Shown here one piece after another: positions 38,921 to 50,350 of a stretch of 64,000 nt of DNA (within the stretch, counting starts at the first letter, position 1; every line of letters starts with the position of its first letter). Origin of the DNA: Octopus vulgaris. Lineage: Eukaryota. Below the pieces are notes generated by a model. That model saw only the letters and a program-made list of their open reading frames with translations, had not been told where the DNA came from and made no database searches. The position numbers were made by a program, and so were the translations under genes. The stretch lies in NCBI GenBank assembly GCA_951406725.2, contig OX597817.1:103416001-103480000 (forward strand), in the 5' to 3' direction.

Positions 38921-39351
38921 GCCCTGATGCAGTATCAGGCAGTGGCTCTCATGGCTTCTGATCTTAACCAGTTGAACATGTCCTTTAGTGGCTGACGATA
39001 TGTGCATCTCTGATCACGAGCAGAGGTAGTGGGGGAGCATCATAGCCATGTGTTGAGAGGGATTCTTTGGGGTTTGAATAATTCACCTCTGGAAACATGG
39101 GTGGTTCTTTCAACATCCTTAAACAACCCTTATTCAGGAACCTTTTTAGCGAGATGGGCTACTCAACCTGAAGAAAATTCTAACTGGGCCCCACCTGCAA
39201 GGTCATGTGCTGTTTATTTTGATATGAGATCACCATGTCGCGCACATATGGTTGCGATGCATGTGCCTGGTGTACCCTTATCAGACGGGTAGTCATGATG
39301 GGTATATTTTACCCCAGTGTCATTTTGATGGCATGCACTGCTCTCTCACTC
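38921..39351. mobile_element. Non-coding repeat E inside (AAT)n; internally deleted copy of 59424-59977
   Basis: Near-identical ORFs 39029..39292 and 59641..59904; both copies flanked by (AAT)n. Confidence 0.9.
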
Positions 39352-39370
39352 AATAATAATAATAATAATA

Positions 39371-39447
39371 TCCAACTTGTTGTCTCTTGAGGTCGCTGGG
39401 TGAGACTTGGAGCCAGCTTGTGCAAATGTAAAGCAAAAGTCAAACAT

Positions 39448-39450
<3 letters not shown>
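39371..39450 (+). mobile_element. Short 3'-end fragment of a (TAA)n-targeting R4/Dong-like element
   Basis: GTCTCTTGAGGTCGCTGGGTGAGACTTGG...CAAAAGTCAAACATA embedded in (AAT)n; family assignment from recall of Dong-type 3' UTRs. Confidence 0.55.
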
Positions 39451-39504
<54 letters not shown>

Positions 39505-39515
39505 GTAATAATAAT

Positions 39516-39727
39516 CCTTTCTACTGGAAGCACAAGGCCTCAAATTTGAGGCAAGGGATTAAATCGATTACATCGACCCCAGTGCGTAAGTAGTACTAAT
39601 TGTATCGATTCTGAAAGGATGACAGGCAACGTGGACTTCGGTGGAATTTGAACTCAGAACGTAAAGACACGAAATACCGCTAAGCATTTCGCCCAGCGTG
39701 ATAACGATTCTGCCATCTCGCCGCCTT
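39516..39727 (-). mobile_element. SINE family A copy
   Basis: Head CTCGCCGCCTT at about 39717-39727; central domain; tail runs into (ATT)n. Confidence 0.88.
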
Positions 39728-40204
39728 TAATGCCAAAGTAACAACAACAACAACAACAACAATAATAATAATTGGAATAGAGCACCCAGAATAACTGCTG
39801 CAAAAGGATTGCCTCCTTTGCACGGCCATAATAAACAGGAAAGTATTAGACAGCTGAAAAGAACGAATAGCATGGAACCGTAGGCTGCAGGTAGTAAACC
39901 CGCTACGCACAGAAAGTTCCAGGAGTGTCAACAAAACCTGTGATAAAGAGAAAGTAAAAAATGAAAATGCATGAAGCCTTTACCGACAAAGCTACCCGAA
40001 ACACATACTATTAACTTCCACAATGATATAAACAAAATTATCGACTTCATTTTCTGCTATCCACTTATGCACAAAGTACCTAAAATACTTTATCCCTCCT
40101 CTTTCTATAGGCTACCTCTGACGTTATTAATAGCGTTCAGTTAATCACTATACATATCCATTATTTTCTGTTAAAATGTCTTATTGGCGAGTATCATTTC
40201 TTCA

Positions 40205-40291
40205 CTTCCCTGAAGAGAAGATTACATTGTTTTACACCATTTTATTCCTTCGGAATAATATCAGCGTTATCTTCGAAACATGTGCCGGAAG
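40205..40291 (+). ncRNA. Type I hammerhead homologue of 3371-3452 (cleavage triplet GCC)
   Basis: CUUCC-CUGAAGA-GAAGAU...UUAUUCC(UUC)GGAAUAA...AUCUUC-GAAA-CAUGUG-CC-GGAAG. Confidence 0.8.
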
Positions 40292-40481
40292 TAAAAGAAT
40301 TTGAATAACACCTACGTTTAACTCCATTTCTTTATTTATATATATTATACAAAAAATGTCACGTAAACCCGAAGTTTCTACCTTTAAAAATAAGGAGTTA
40401 CAACCTTTTTACTTCTGTGATGTTTTGCTACCCTGGTAACTATTTATCTATTTTTTCCGTGTTAATTGTTAACAAGGGAAA

Positions 40482-40569
<88 letters not shown>

Positions 40570-41129
40570 ACACACACACACATATATATATATAGCAATA
40601 TAATATATAATATTCCCTATTATTATTATATATATATTATGATACATCTTAAAATGCAAAATGTTAATTAAACTAGATCTTATCTCACTAATCTCCTGCC
40701 TTGCACATATACATCTAGTAGTTGTATTTTCTTCACGGGTGTGTCATAGAGATAGGTAGGCTTATCAACTATGTTAAATTGCACCAACAAAAAATTACTA
40801 CACCTCTTCACACATAGACACAAACTCACATTGATGATATCCTATTCGCACTCACATCAAAACTGTACAACCACCGCAATCGTACATCAACCAGCTCGAA
40901 ACTTGTATCACTTAGGGTACTCACAGCTATATGTTACGCCAACAGAGCGTAACATATAGCTGTGTATAAACATTATATTACAACCAACAGGAATTATACT
41001 AATCTATTTGCTAAGATTATCTCTTTAGATTTTCTATAGAAATTATAGCCAGCACTGATTTGTTACGACGTTTCGCATCCGAGTACGCCTAATGTAAACA
41101 ACAATGAGATCGAAGATGAAAAGTGGGTA

Positions 41130-41180
41130 GTGAGTGTATATGCCATATTTCTGGAGTTCTTGTTCCTTCATCAGCACCAC
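41130..41180 (-). ncRNA. Type I hammerhead-like motif
   Basis: Minus strand GUGGUG-CUGAUGA-A-GGA(ACAAGAAC)UCC-A-GAAA-UAUG(G)CAUA-UA-CAC(U)CAC; canonical core and near-palindromic stem III. Confidence 0.7.
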
Positions 41181-41369
41181 ATCGAACCCATTTAACATTC
41201 GCGAACTCATTGCTTAAACAGCCACTAAATATAGTGGTGTAATTGGATATACTATATTTTGCATATTAAACACATTCCTGGCAACTGGTACGTACATATT
41301 AATGATTTGTAGGGACAACATATTCCCTTATGCAACCATAAAATACAACAAAAAATAGCTAACAGAAAT

Positions 41370-42770
41370 AACTGAAAGTTGGCAGTGGCATGTATTTGTA
41401 TAACATGGACGAATACAGATATGTAAAATGCCATATAACATAGATTCTCGATTTATTAAAATTATCTGCGCTTCTTGATGATATATCAACAAATGACAAC
41501 TAAGACAAGCTGCACTTAAGAAGGGGCGATAATCTCAAGAATCAATAATTCCCCAGAATTAATGTCATTAAAGAAAAAAGACAGATTTATTGTCAGGAAG
41601 TGTAGGTGTGTGGGTCAGTGGATAGAGCGTAGGGCTCACAATCATGAAGTGGTAAGTTTTGATTCCCGAACTTGGCTGCGTGTTGTGTTCTTGAACAAGA
41701 CACTTAATTTCAGGGAAGGCGCATGGTTCAGTAGTTAGAGCGGGCTGTGTATTCTGTTCTTGAGCAAGACACTTTATTTCACGTTGTTCCAGTTTACTCA
41801 GCCGCAGAAATCAGTTGCAACCTCACTGGTACCAAGCTGTATCGGCTTTTGCGTTTTCCTTGGATAACATCGATGGCGTGGAGAGGGAAGGCTGGTATGC
41901 ATGGACAAATGCTGGTTTTCCGAAAACAACCTTGGCCAGACTTGTGCCTCAGAGGATAACTGTCTAGGTGCAATCCCATATCATTCAAGGCCGAAGGAGA
42001 TCTTTATTGTCAAGAAATAAGAGGATAGTCAGGGCACGTGTTCCTACCCCAACAAATGTCATCACTACGACAACAATCCGACCTTCTTTCCGGTAACCAA
42101 AGGACTTAGACTTATATAAAAAAGAACAGAAAACGTTTATGGCTTATGTAATTTGTATAATTTAAACAAAATTAAATTAAGTGAAATAACTCAAAGTGGC
42201 TTGTGGTATGTATATTTGAATAACATAGACAAATACAAGTATGTCAAATAACATACAACATAAATTTTTGATTCATTAACATTATCTGCTTCTTGATGAT
42301 ATGATAAATAACAATTAAGACCAACTCTACTTAAGAAGGGGGGATAATCTAGAGAACCAAACTTTCTCCAAAACTGACTTGCTATTACAGAGAAAGACAG
42401 GCTTAGCTTGTTTTTATCTAAATTATGCAAATTACTCAAGCCATAAATATTTTTTACTATTTTTCATATAAGTCTAAGCCATTTGGTTAATGGAAATTAA
42501 ATCGGACAACTGTTGTGCTGTTAACGGCTGTTGAGCCAGAAACACCAATCGACGCCTCTCCTCTTATCTCCAGACAATAATTCTGTCCTTTTCTTACATG
42601 GCACGTCAGTTTTAGAAAATCTTTGATTCTTGAAATTATCTCCTCTTCTCAAGTGGAGCTGGTTTTAATTACCATTTGGTAATTATGGTACATCCTCCAG
42701 AAGTGGAGATAATTTTAATAAATCAACAATTTATGCTATATGCTATTCGACATATTTGTATTTGCCTAAG
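41370..42770. mobile_element. Modular foldback/MITE-like element (A-B-A-B'-A')
   Basis: Module A at about 41380-41590 and 42200-42400, inverted at 42580-42770; module B at about 42003-42185, inverted at 42400-42580. Confidence 0.75.
41600..42002 (+). mobile_element. SINE family D (tandem head plus body) inserted in the foldback element
   Basis: tRNA-like heads at 41600 and 41714; 14-bp TSD TTTATTGTCAGGAA (41586-41599) / TTTATTGTCAAGAA (42003-42016). Confidence 0.85.
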
Positions 42771-43559
42771 GATTTATACTAGCATCCTCCCTTAATTTCC
42801 AAAAGTATATTTTTACACAGCTTCCAAATCCTCTTTTACATAGCTGCCAAATACTGAACAGTCGTAAATACGCAAAGGATACTTTAGTTAACATAGTGCT
42901 TTATACAGACTAAAAAGACGGGGCTGGACTATTTTGATCGTAGGTCTACTCGATCGAGATTAACTTGGAGCTAAAACAACAACAGCAACAACAAAAAACA
43001 AAATGCTGCACACTTTACATCATTTTGGTCCACCAATATAAAAAAAACGTACATAACGAAACGAACTTGGTAAAAAAAAAACAGTAGACCTCTGGATCTG
43101 CAAGAGATAGAGTTCCTTGTCGCAGCAAACTCAGTTATTCATGTTTCCCCCTACCACCCGCAAATCACTCTTAAAAGAACTTATTCTCTCTTTCTCTCTC
43201 TGTTTTCACTTTTTTCTCACTCCTCACTTTTCTCTTCTCTCTACATCTCTTTCCGTCATTCTCTGTTGCCTCTCTTCCTCCCTCTCCTCCTCTCGCTCTA
43301 ATGCACATCAGACAAACATAAAAAACACATGCACACAGAATTAGCTGTAAGTATTTATAGCTTCATTAGCCCTAAACGTCACACTGTTGTGCATACAATT
43401 GTTTATAAGTGCAGAGGAATAGCAACTGGCGTGCTCCAACAGAATCTGCTTTGCTCACTACTAGAATTACAGTAATACAAAAATAGAACAGAAAGTGGAA
43501 AAGATACATGTTCAAATAATGCTGTACTCCGTACAAACCATTGTGATATTCTAGTGTAC

Positions 43560-44480
43560 AATTGTCAGAAAAGGCGTAGCATATCTGCAAAAACAAAAAT
43601 GATCTCTGGTTCACGCCTACCCGTTCCATCGACTGTGTGGCGAGGCTTTCTTCTCTTAGAACTGCAGAATAGTGAAATATATTGTGTCTAAAAAAACAAT
43701 CATCGCAAATAGCAGCAAAAGTGACTGCAGAGCTAAATCACCACCTTACCAACCCTGTGTTAACCAAAACCGTTTACTGTGTACTCCATAAAGCTGAATA
43801 CCATGGGAAAGCTGCAATAGCTAGACCTCTCCAGCTCAACAATGATAAGCGGAAAAGATGGTGTCAAGAATGTTAGAAATGGTGAATGATTCAATGGAAT
43901 AATGTCATCAGGGTGGCTTTATGTCTGAAGACATTCCAAACACACCTTCAAATCTGACTGCTCTTTTCCTATTGAGAAACATGAAAGTAGCTCTGTGATG
44001 ATTTAGGTGACCATATCATGAAAATGTCTTGGTCCTTTAGCTATTCTACATGGCCAGATTTAACTCCAAAGACAATCTTAATATTTTGGCTGATCGTGTC
44101 CATCGTTATTCTCCGATTGTTACGCTATCTTCAAGGACGATACTGCGCCGATATCCAAAATTTATGTAATTCCAAACTGATATGAAGAGCTCAAAAGTGA
44201 AGGAGACCACTCACTTGAACTGGTTCCACAAGTATCGGTTTTCAATATAATTCAACGTTTAAGGTGCATTTTGGAGCAGTAACTGAGGGTCCACTTCTCT
44301 CTACCATCGTCGCTGAATGAATTTGACTCAGAATGGCTCAAAATTCCCAACCGTTCAGAACCTGTACGAGTCAATTTCTCGATGTAGCACTGCTGTGATC
44401 AATGCGAAAGGTAGATCAACTCCGTATTAAATAATAAAGCTTTCATTTAATAATGTTTCCATTATTTTGTTCAATATCGT
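43560..44480 (+). mobile_element. Tc1-like transposase pseudogene
   Basis: AAKVTAELNHHLTNPVLTKTV...KRKRWCQE, IFKDDTAPI (QDDNAP-like), FNIIQ (DLNIIE-like), AVINAKGRSTPY*; TIR-like GTTTCCATTATTTTGTTCA. Confidence 0.88.
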
Positions 44481-46337
44481 TCTGCTGTTATTCCAATTAT
44501 AATGTTAATTAATTAATTCCTCTCGTGTAAACGGTTTGATTGGTTTAATGCAAATGAAGCATGGTACGGCTTTAGGATACCTGGATTAAGATAAGGCAGT
44601 TTTTGAATGAAAATTATGCGAGAAATTATACTACATTCAAATTATGGTCAGACCACGACAGTTAGTAGTGTGTATCCCAGTACAGTGTTCGCTAACCGGA
44701 TTACTGGCGCTACTGGTTGAATATGTATATGGTGTTTACAAAACGATGTAAAAGTGATGTTTTGGGGTGCTATAGAAGTGTCTGGGTATTTAGAGGTTAG
44801 CTGTAGTATGTGACAGATCTTGTGCTTGTTGGGGATTCAAGGCTCTATTTTTAACTTGGGCTTTTACAGAAACTACTTTTTAGTAGAATTAAATATATTT
44901 CTGGAGTTATTCATGAAAATGATTTCATGTAGACATTTTAGCCATTTAAGAGCACACACGCAATTTATTACATTCAATTATCTTTTATTCCTTATAGTCC
45001 TGTCCATTATAAGGGCCATTGTTGCGGACAGCACTATAAGGAATAAAAACTCGCAGAAGGGGTAAGAAAGCTTTTGTGACTTCATAGTACACGACACTTA
45101 AGAAATAAATGATAAGTGGATGTAACAGTTTTTTGTGTTAAGTAACTAAAATAATTCTCCTGTAATATAATTGTAAATAAAGAAAGTTACATACAAAAGA
45201 TATTATTTCTAATATTTAAGTGAACGCTTTAAGTGATTCAAGAACATTAATTTATTGTAAAATAACTCCCACACATTTGTGGAAGGTCTTTAGGTAACTT
45301 CCTATAATAGTTTTTAATTTGTTCGCATTTTAAATCCTACCTATATCTGACCATACAGTACTCAAATAAGTCATTTTTATGTGAAGTTCTTTGGTGGATG
45401 TCTTTTTTTAAAACCAAGTCATGAAGAAGAGCTGTACTGATAACCCTTTTCAAGGCCTCCGAAACGGACGGTAAGAATATACTTGATGAGGAATGTTTCC
45501 TCAAAACAGTGAACTGTTTCAATGCCTGCAAAGCAGTGAATTATCTTAAGGCCACCCAGAACCAAGTGGTTGTGATAAACCGGGTCGCAGATTGTCTACG
45601 ATCAAATAGGCTACAGCAGTATTTGAACTCAGAATGCACAGAGCCAGAAACAATACCGCAAGACACCTCTTCTGATGTTCTAATGGTTTCATCAGTTCAC
45701 TACCTTAGACCGGTTCTTTGTTTGCTGATCCTAGAAGAATGAAAGGCAATCCAAAAAAAAGATGAAAACGAAAAAAAAAATGACAAATTAAAATGGTCAA
45801 TCAGATTTCATTAAAAAAGTTAATGAAATGTAATTAGCTTTTGTGATTATTCTCTACTCATTCTCTTCGATACAACAAGATAATTAGGAGCAATATTCTA
45901 ATTATTTTACTCTTCTGTGATGTAGTATAACGTTGACTAGAAAGACACTTTTCCCAACATTGCTTTAATTCAACTAGATGCAATGAAGACGTAGCAGACG
46001 ATTCTTGGTAACTTACCTGCAGCAGACTAATGTTCTGTACAGGAGGAAGAGTTGTCTCTTATCCATTTAACAGTATGCAAATCAGTCTTTATTGATTTTA
46101 GTATTTCGAGACAGGATTAATTATTTATTATGCTGTTCTACTAAATTTCTAATCGGTTTCATTTTCGTAAAGATATTCTGGGAAAGCATATTAGAAGATA
46201 CTGGAAAATAATCTTAAGAAACAGCACTATCGTTCTCCTTTAAACATGTGTGTAGACACTTCTAAACCTTAAGAAACAGCAAAATATATTACTTGTGAAA
46301 GGGAAAGAAGTGTTCATAATTTGAAAGATATGATAAA

Positions 46338-46505
46338 AACGGTGAGTTGGAAGAAACGTTAGGAAGCCAGACAAAGTGCTTAGTATATTTCGTCCGACTT
46401 TACGTTTTGAGTTCAAATGCCACCGAGGTCGCCTTTGCCTTTCATCCCTTCGAGGTCGGTGAAATAAGTACCAGTTGATCACTCGGTTTTGATATAATCG
46501 ATTAG
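46338..46505 (+). mobile_element. SINE family A copy
   Basis: GAGTTCAAATGCC...GCCTTTCATCCCTTCGAGGTCGGTGAAATAAGTACCAG. Confidence 0.85.
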
Positions 46506-46878
46506 CCCACCTATGGCGAGCAGACATTGACACCTCTTCCATATCACATCCTTGATCCAGCGGAAGAGAGGATTGGAGTGATTGTAGAAGAGACTGGAAC
46601 GAAGAGTGTTTCCCAAGAAAACAATAGGCTACTCGTTCTAGAAATCGAACTTACAACCTTATGACACACCAACACACCAAACCTTCTAAACGTATACATG
46701 TATGTATAATATAGATGATGGTATATACAAAGTATATATATGCAGGTGCATATACACGGGCGTATTTACATAGGTTCACACACACACACACGCACACACA
46801 CAAACACACACACACACACGCGCGCGCGCACACACACACACACACACATACACACACACACACACACACACGCACACA

Positions 46879-46990
46879 CGGAGGTGCTGAAAAGTTCCTG
46901 GCTTTAAACGCAAGGCGAAGACCTGATTGGAGGTCCAACCTTCCGAATTATTTTACAGTGCTTAGAAAAACTGAAAGATCGCTGCAATAT
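46879..46990 (+). mobile_element. Mariner-like terminus or MITE fragment
   Basis: CGGAGGTGCTGAAAAGTTCCTGGC resembles mariner TIR starts (CGAGGGGTGCTGAAAAGT); no partner TIR found. Confidence 0.5.
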
Positions 46991-49900
46991 ATATACCATG
47001 TATTATAAATGCAGGTGGCAGAAACCCTGTGATGTATACAAAATGTTACAATTCGTCGCTGTTAGCAGAAGAAGTATGAGAATAATTTACAACTTTTTCG
47101 ATGACTATAATGATAAGTTCAACAACTACTAGTCTAATATGTTGGTAAATAAGGCTTATTATCCGTTGATTGATACACATGATAATAAAAATTCAAGTAA
47201 TTAGTACGTTCGTTTTACAGCAGAGATATTGTTAAAGAGAAGAGACATTCGCTCAAATAACTTCATATTTTCAAGCTTTTCAATAACGTAGTTATCTCTC
47301 CTCTTCATCCTTGTAGCTGCGTCAAGAGAATTCATATATCCTATGTATGATTATCTGAAAGAATAGTAGCTTAATTAAAAAGAAAAAAACCCAACAAACA
47401 TACACGATATTCAAAAGAAAACTTTTCACAACGTTAAATTTCTCTAGTGTAGAACACATTTAACACCTCTATTTACTAGAAGCAAAAATCGTAGAAAAAC
47501 CTTAAATTGGACTGAAGGAGAAAAACATTGATATAGTTGAAATGGAGTTTCTGTTAATTCTTGTGTATAGTTTCCATATCTTGGAGAGCATCCTTCTTGG
47601 AACAAAATACTTGTAGAACGTACCTAAGAAAGCAATAATCTTGATTGGCAAATTGCTGTGGAGAATTTAAACCATCATCGACTTTCTGCTTTTATTTTTC
47701 TCACATTGTAACAACTAGAAGTTGCTCAACCATTTTCACATCTATAGAACACCTTTTCATCGCGTATCAATCGCATACACACTATATAAGAACATCTGCT
47801 TTCTTATTCTAATTCTGAAAAATTGGTAAGAAGGGTATAATCAATATGCTTTGTATTAGTCTTCTCAGTAGAAAAAAAGGGAACGGAACCTGTTTTCTCG
47901 TACATTAGCTTATTAAATGAGGCTTATTTTAAAAAATATATATCTGAATCTTGTTTCATCATATATCTGATAGTACTCTGAGTGATATTCCTGATTGTAT
48001 TGAAGTCATTTGTTCATATCTTCTCAAAGATATTAATGGTATCAGAGAAATGCTTATTTTAGGGATCGAACCTAAGTCATTCCCTCGGTTCACCAAAGCC
48101 TTTTCTTTTTGCACTTTCTATTATATTGTTTACATTAAAGGTTATACTCATTAGTATATAATAAATACTTTACACGAATTTAAAGATATATTTTGGTTTC
48201 GTTTTCGAAAGATAGAATACAATAATGCTTAATGATTGAGAGAAAATATATCTTGAGTTCATATGGTGTATATATTATTTCCATATAATTTATCGGAGTT
48301 CCCATTCAGTTAAAACTAAGGACATTATGTTTTGGACTATTAAATAGTATCTTGGCACTTTCTAACATTAAGTACACTTTTAACAAATGTCATAAACCAT
48401 AGGTTATAATCAACAAATTTTATAAATGTAAACATAAAGACCGAAATTTTGATCGATAGAAGAGAGATCGATTTCGCTACAAAAGAAATTATTCTAAATA
48501 TTTTTTGCCCTACCTTTTAACATATGCATCAAAATCTATAAACAGCAGGAATATGCAAGCAGGATAAATACTAAGCTCTCGACTACCATTAGTGTTATTA
48601 CAAATGTTTTCCTTTACCGATTAAAACATTATTACAATAATTCGTCAGAGAGGGAGCACTGCTAGAAATATAAATCAAGTCTCCCGTAAGTCACATCTTG
48701 TCTTAAATGATGAGTGGCATTTCATTTCATGAGTGGTAGTTATTTTTTTTTTCTCAGCAAACTGTAAAGCGTGTTAAATATTTTGCTACGCTTTGTGCAT
48801 AAATTTGTTTTAAAAATGATAAAAATGATTTTTATATATTCTAGTCTATAAATATAAATAATTTGAACTACAGAAAATTATTAAGTAATTACATCTGTAT
48901 TCAATAAAAGAAGAAAAATTATCAAAGAGAAACCTGAACTTGATGTTTTTTTAGTAACGTTATTTTATGTTCAGACGTATTTAGAATAAACATAGCCCGA
49001 GTTCATCTTTTACAGTTTACAGTTTTTTTTTGTTTTATTAAAACTTTCTTTAAATTTTATTTGTTTTTTTTCTCATTTAAAACATATTTTTATTGTTTTT
49101 GCCGTGCACCCGCGACCTTGCTATTGTAAGTGTAATAGTTTAAGCTGTAAATATAAATTTAAGTTGCAAATTTTCTGCACTGTTTAACGTAATAGTTTAT
49201 TTTGTAAATAATATGCTGAGTTTAGATATACTAAACTACTAAATTCTATTTTTTTCTGTCTGATACATTTGCATATAAAATATTTATGACTTAATTATAT
49301 AAAAACCATTGTGGTTGATTGTGTTTTATGAAACCTCTGCCAATAATTGAAAAATATCTGGTCTTTAATTTTATCACTCACCTGGAAATCGAGTGATCAT
49401 AAAATTAGTGCCTTAAACACTTCACTGGAAGTGAATCAGAATATTCCTGGACTGATATAAATAGTCACCTTCTTCATTGGTAAATTCTTCAATGCTTAAA
49501 AAAAGACAAATAGATGAATTTCCAAAATGTGACAATTTCCATAACATTAAATTTCAATTTATTATTTTGCATTATAACTTGCATTGTAAAATAAGTTATT
49601 TTTAAAAATAACTACTTATACAAGTACGGAATGTAATTACAAGACTATTTGTTTATTTTCGAGATACCATCACCTTGTTTTATATTGTTACTAAATATTT
49701 TACACTTAATCATTTTTGTAAAAGCTTGCTGTTTCTATTTTAAATAGAAAATAACTCTGATGATAACATTTTGATTTTGATATTGAATTAAAGTAGTAAT
49801 TGAAGGATTTTTGGTAAAGATCCAGTAATAGCATGTAATAGATATTAATGAAACACATTAGATAAGGTTTAATTGATCATAAAGGAAATGTTAAACGCTA

Positions 49901-50306
49901 TGACATATTTTACATTAGACAGCTAACATATATTTACCATTTTATGATTTCGTTAATTTTAGCCCCTTTCATGCTCAAATTATGACGGGTAGGCTGTTCT
50001 GAAGTGCAAATATTTAACTAAAATGTTTCGTGTTTTGTTTATAATTTCGTTCAAGAAAAGTTTGTTCTTTAACTTAGCAACAAAAGCATTTTAACTCCCT
50101 TTAAAGTAAACCATTCAACTGAATATATACTTGTATCCAAACGTTCTGTTTCTGCTGTTAACTATGCTGACATATAGAACGTTCTTTACAAGGAGTGTTG
50201 AACGCGCTCTATTTGTTCTCACAGTCCACTTCGAGAACCTTCAAATCCAAGCCGTTTAAAGTAATATTTTTGATGATTTAGTATGTTTATTTTTACTTTT
50301 TCACAG

Positions 50307-50350
50307 GATCTAATTATAGAACGAATAAAGATGCAGCGCATCTAATTACA
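50307..50350 (+). other. Candidate short plus-strand exon (coding status unknown)
   Basis: Acceptor TTTATTTTTACTTTTTCACAG|G and donor ACA|GTGAGT; another strong acceptor at 51230. Confidence 0.4.

Noticed and set aside
39029-39292. Conserved 87-aa ORF duplicated at 59641..59904
   Set aside because: It lies inside repeat E, starts at GTG and has no recognisable domain; similarity reflects repeat copy identity.
47951-48154. Helitron helicase-like peptide LLKDINGIREMLILG
   Set aside because: Similarity is too short and lacks the GDFRQ motif.
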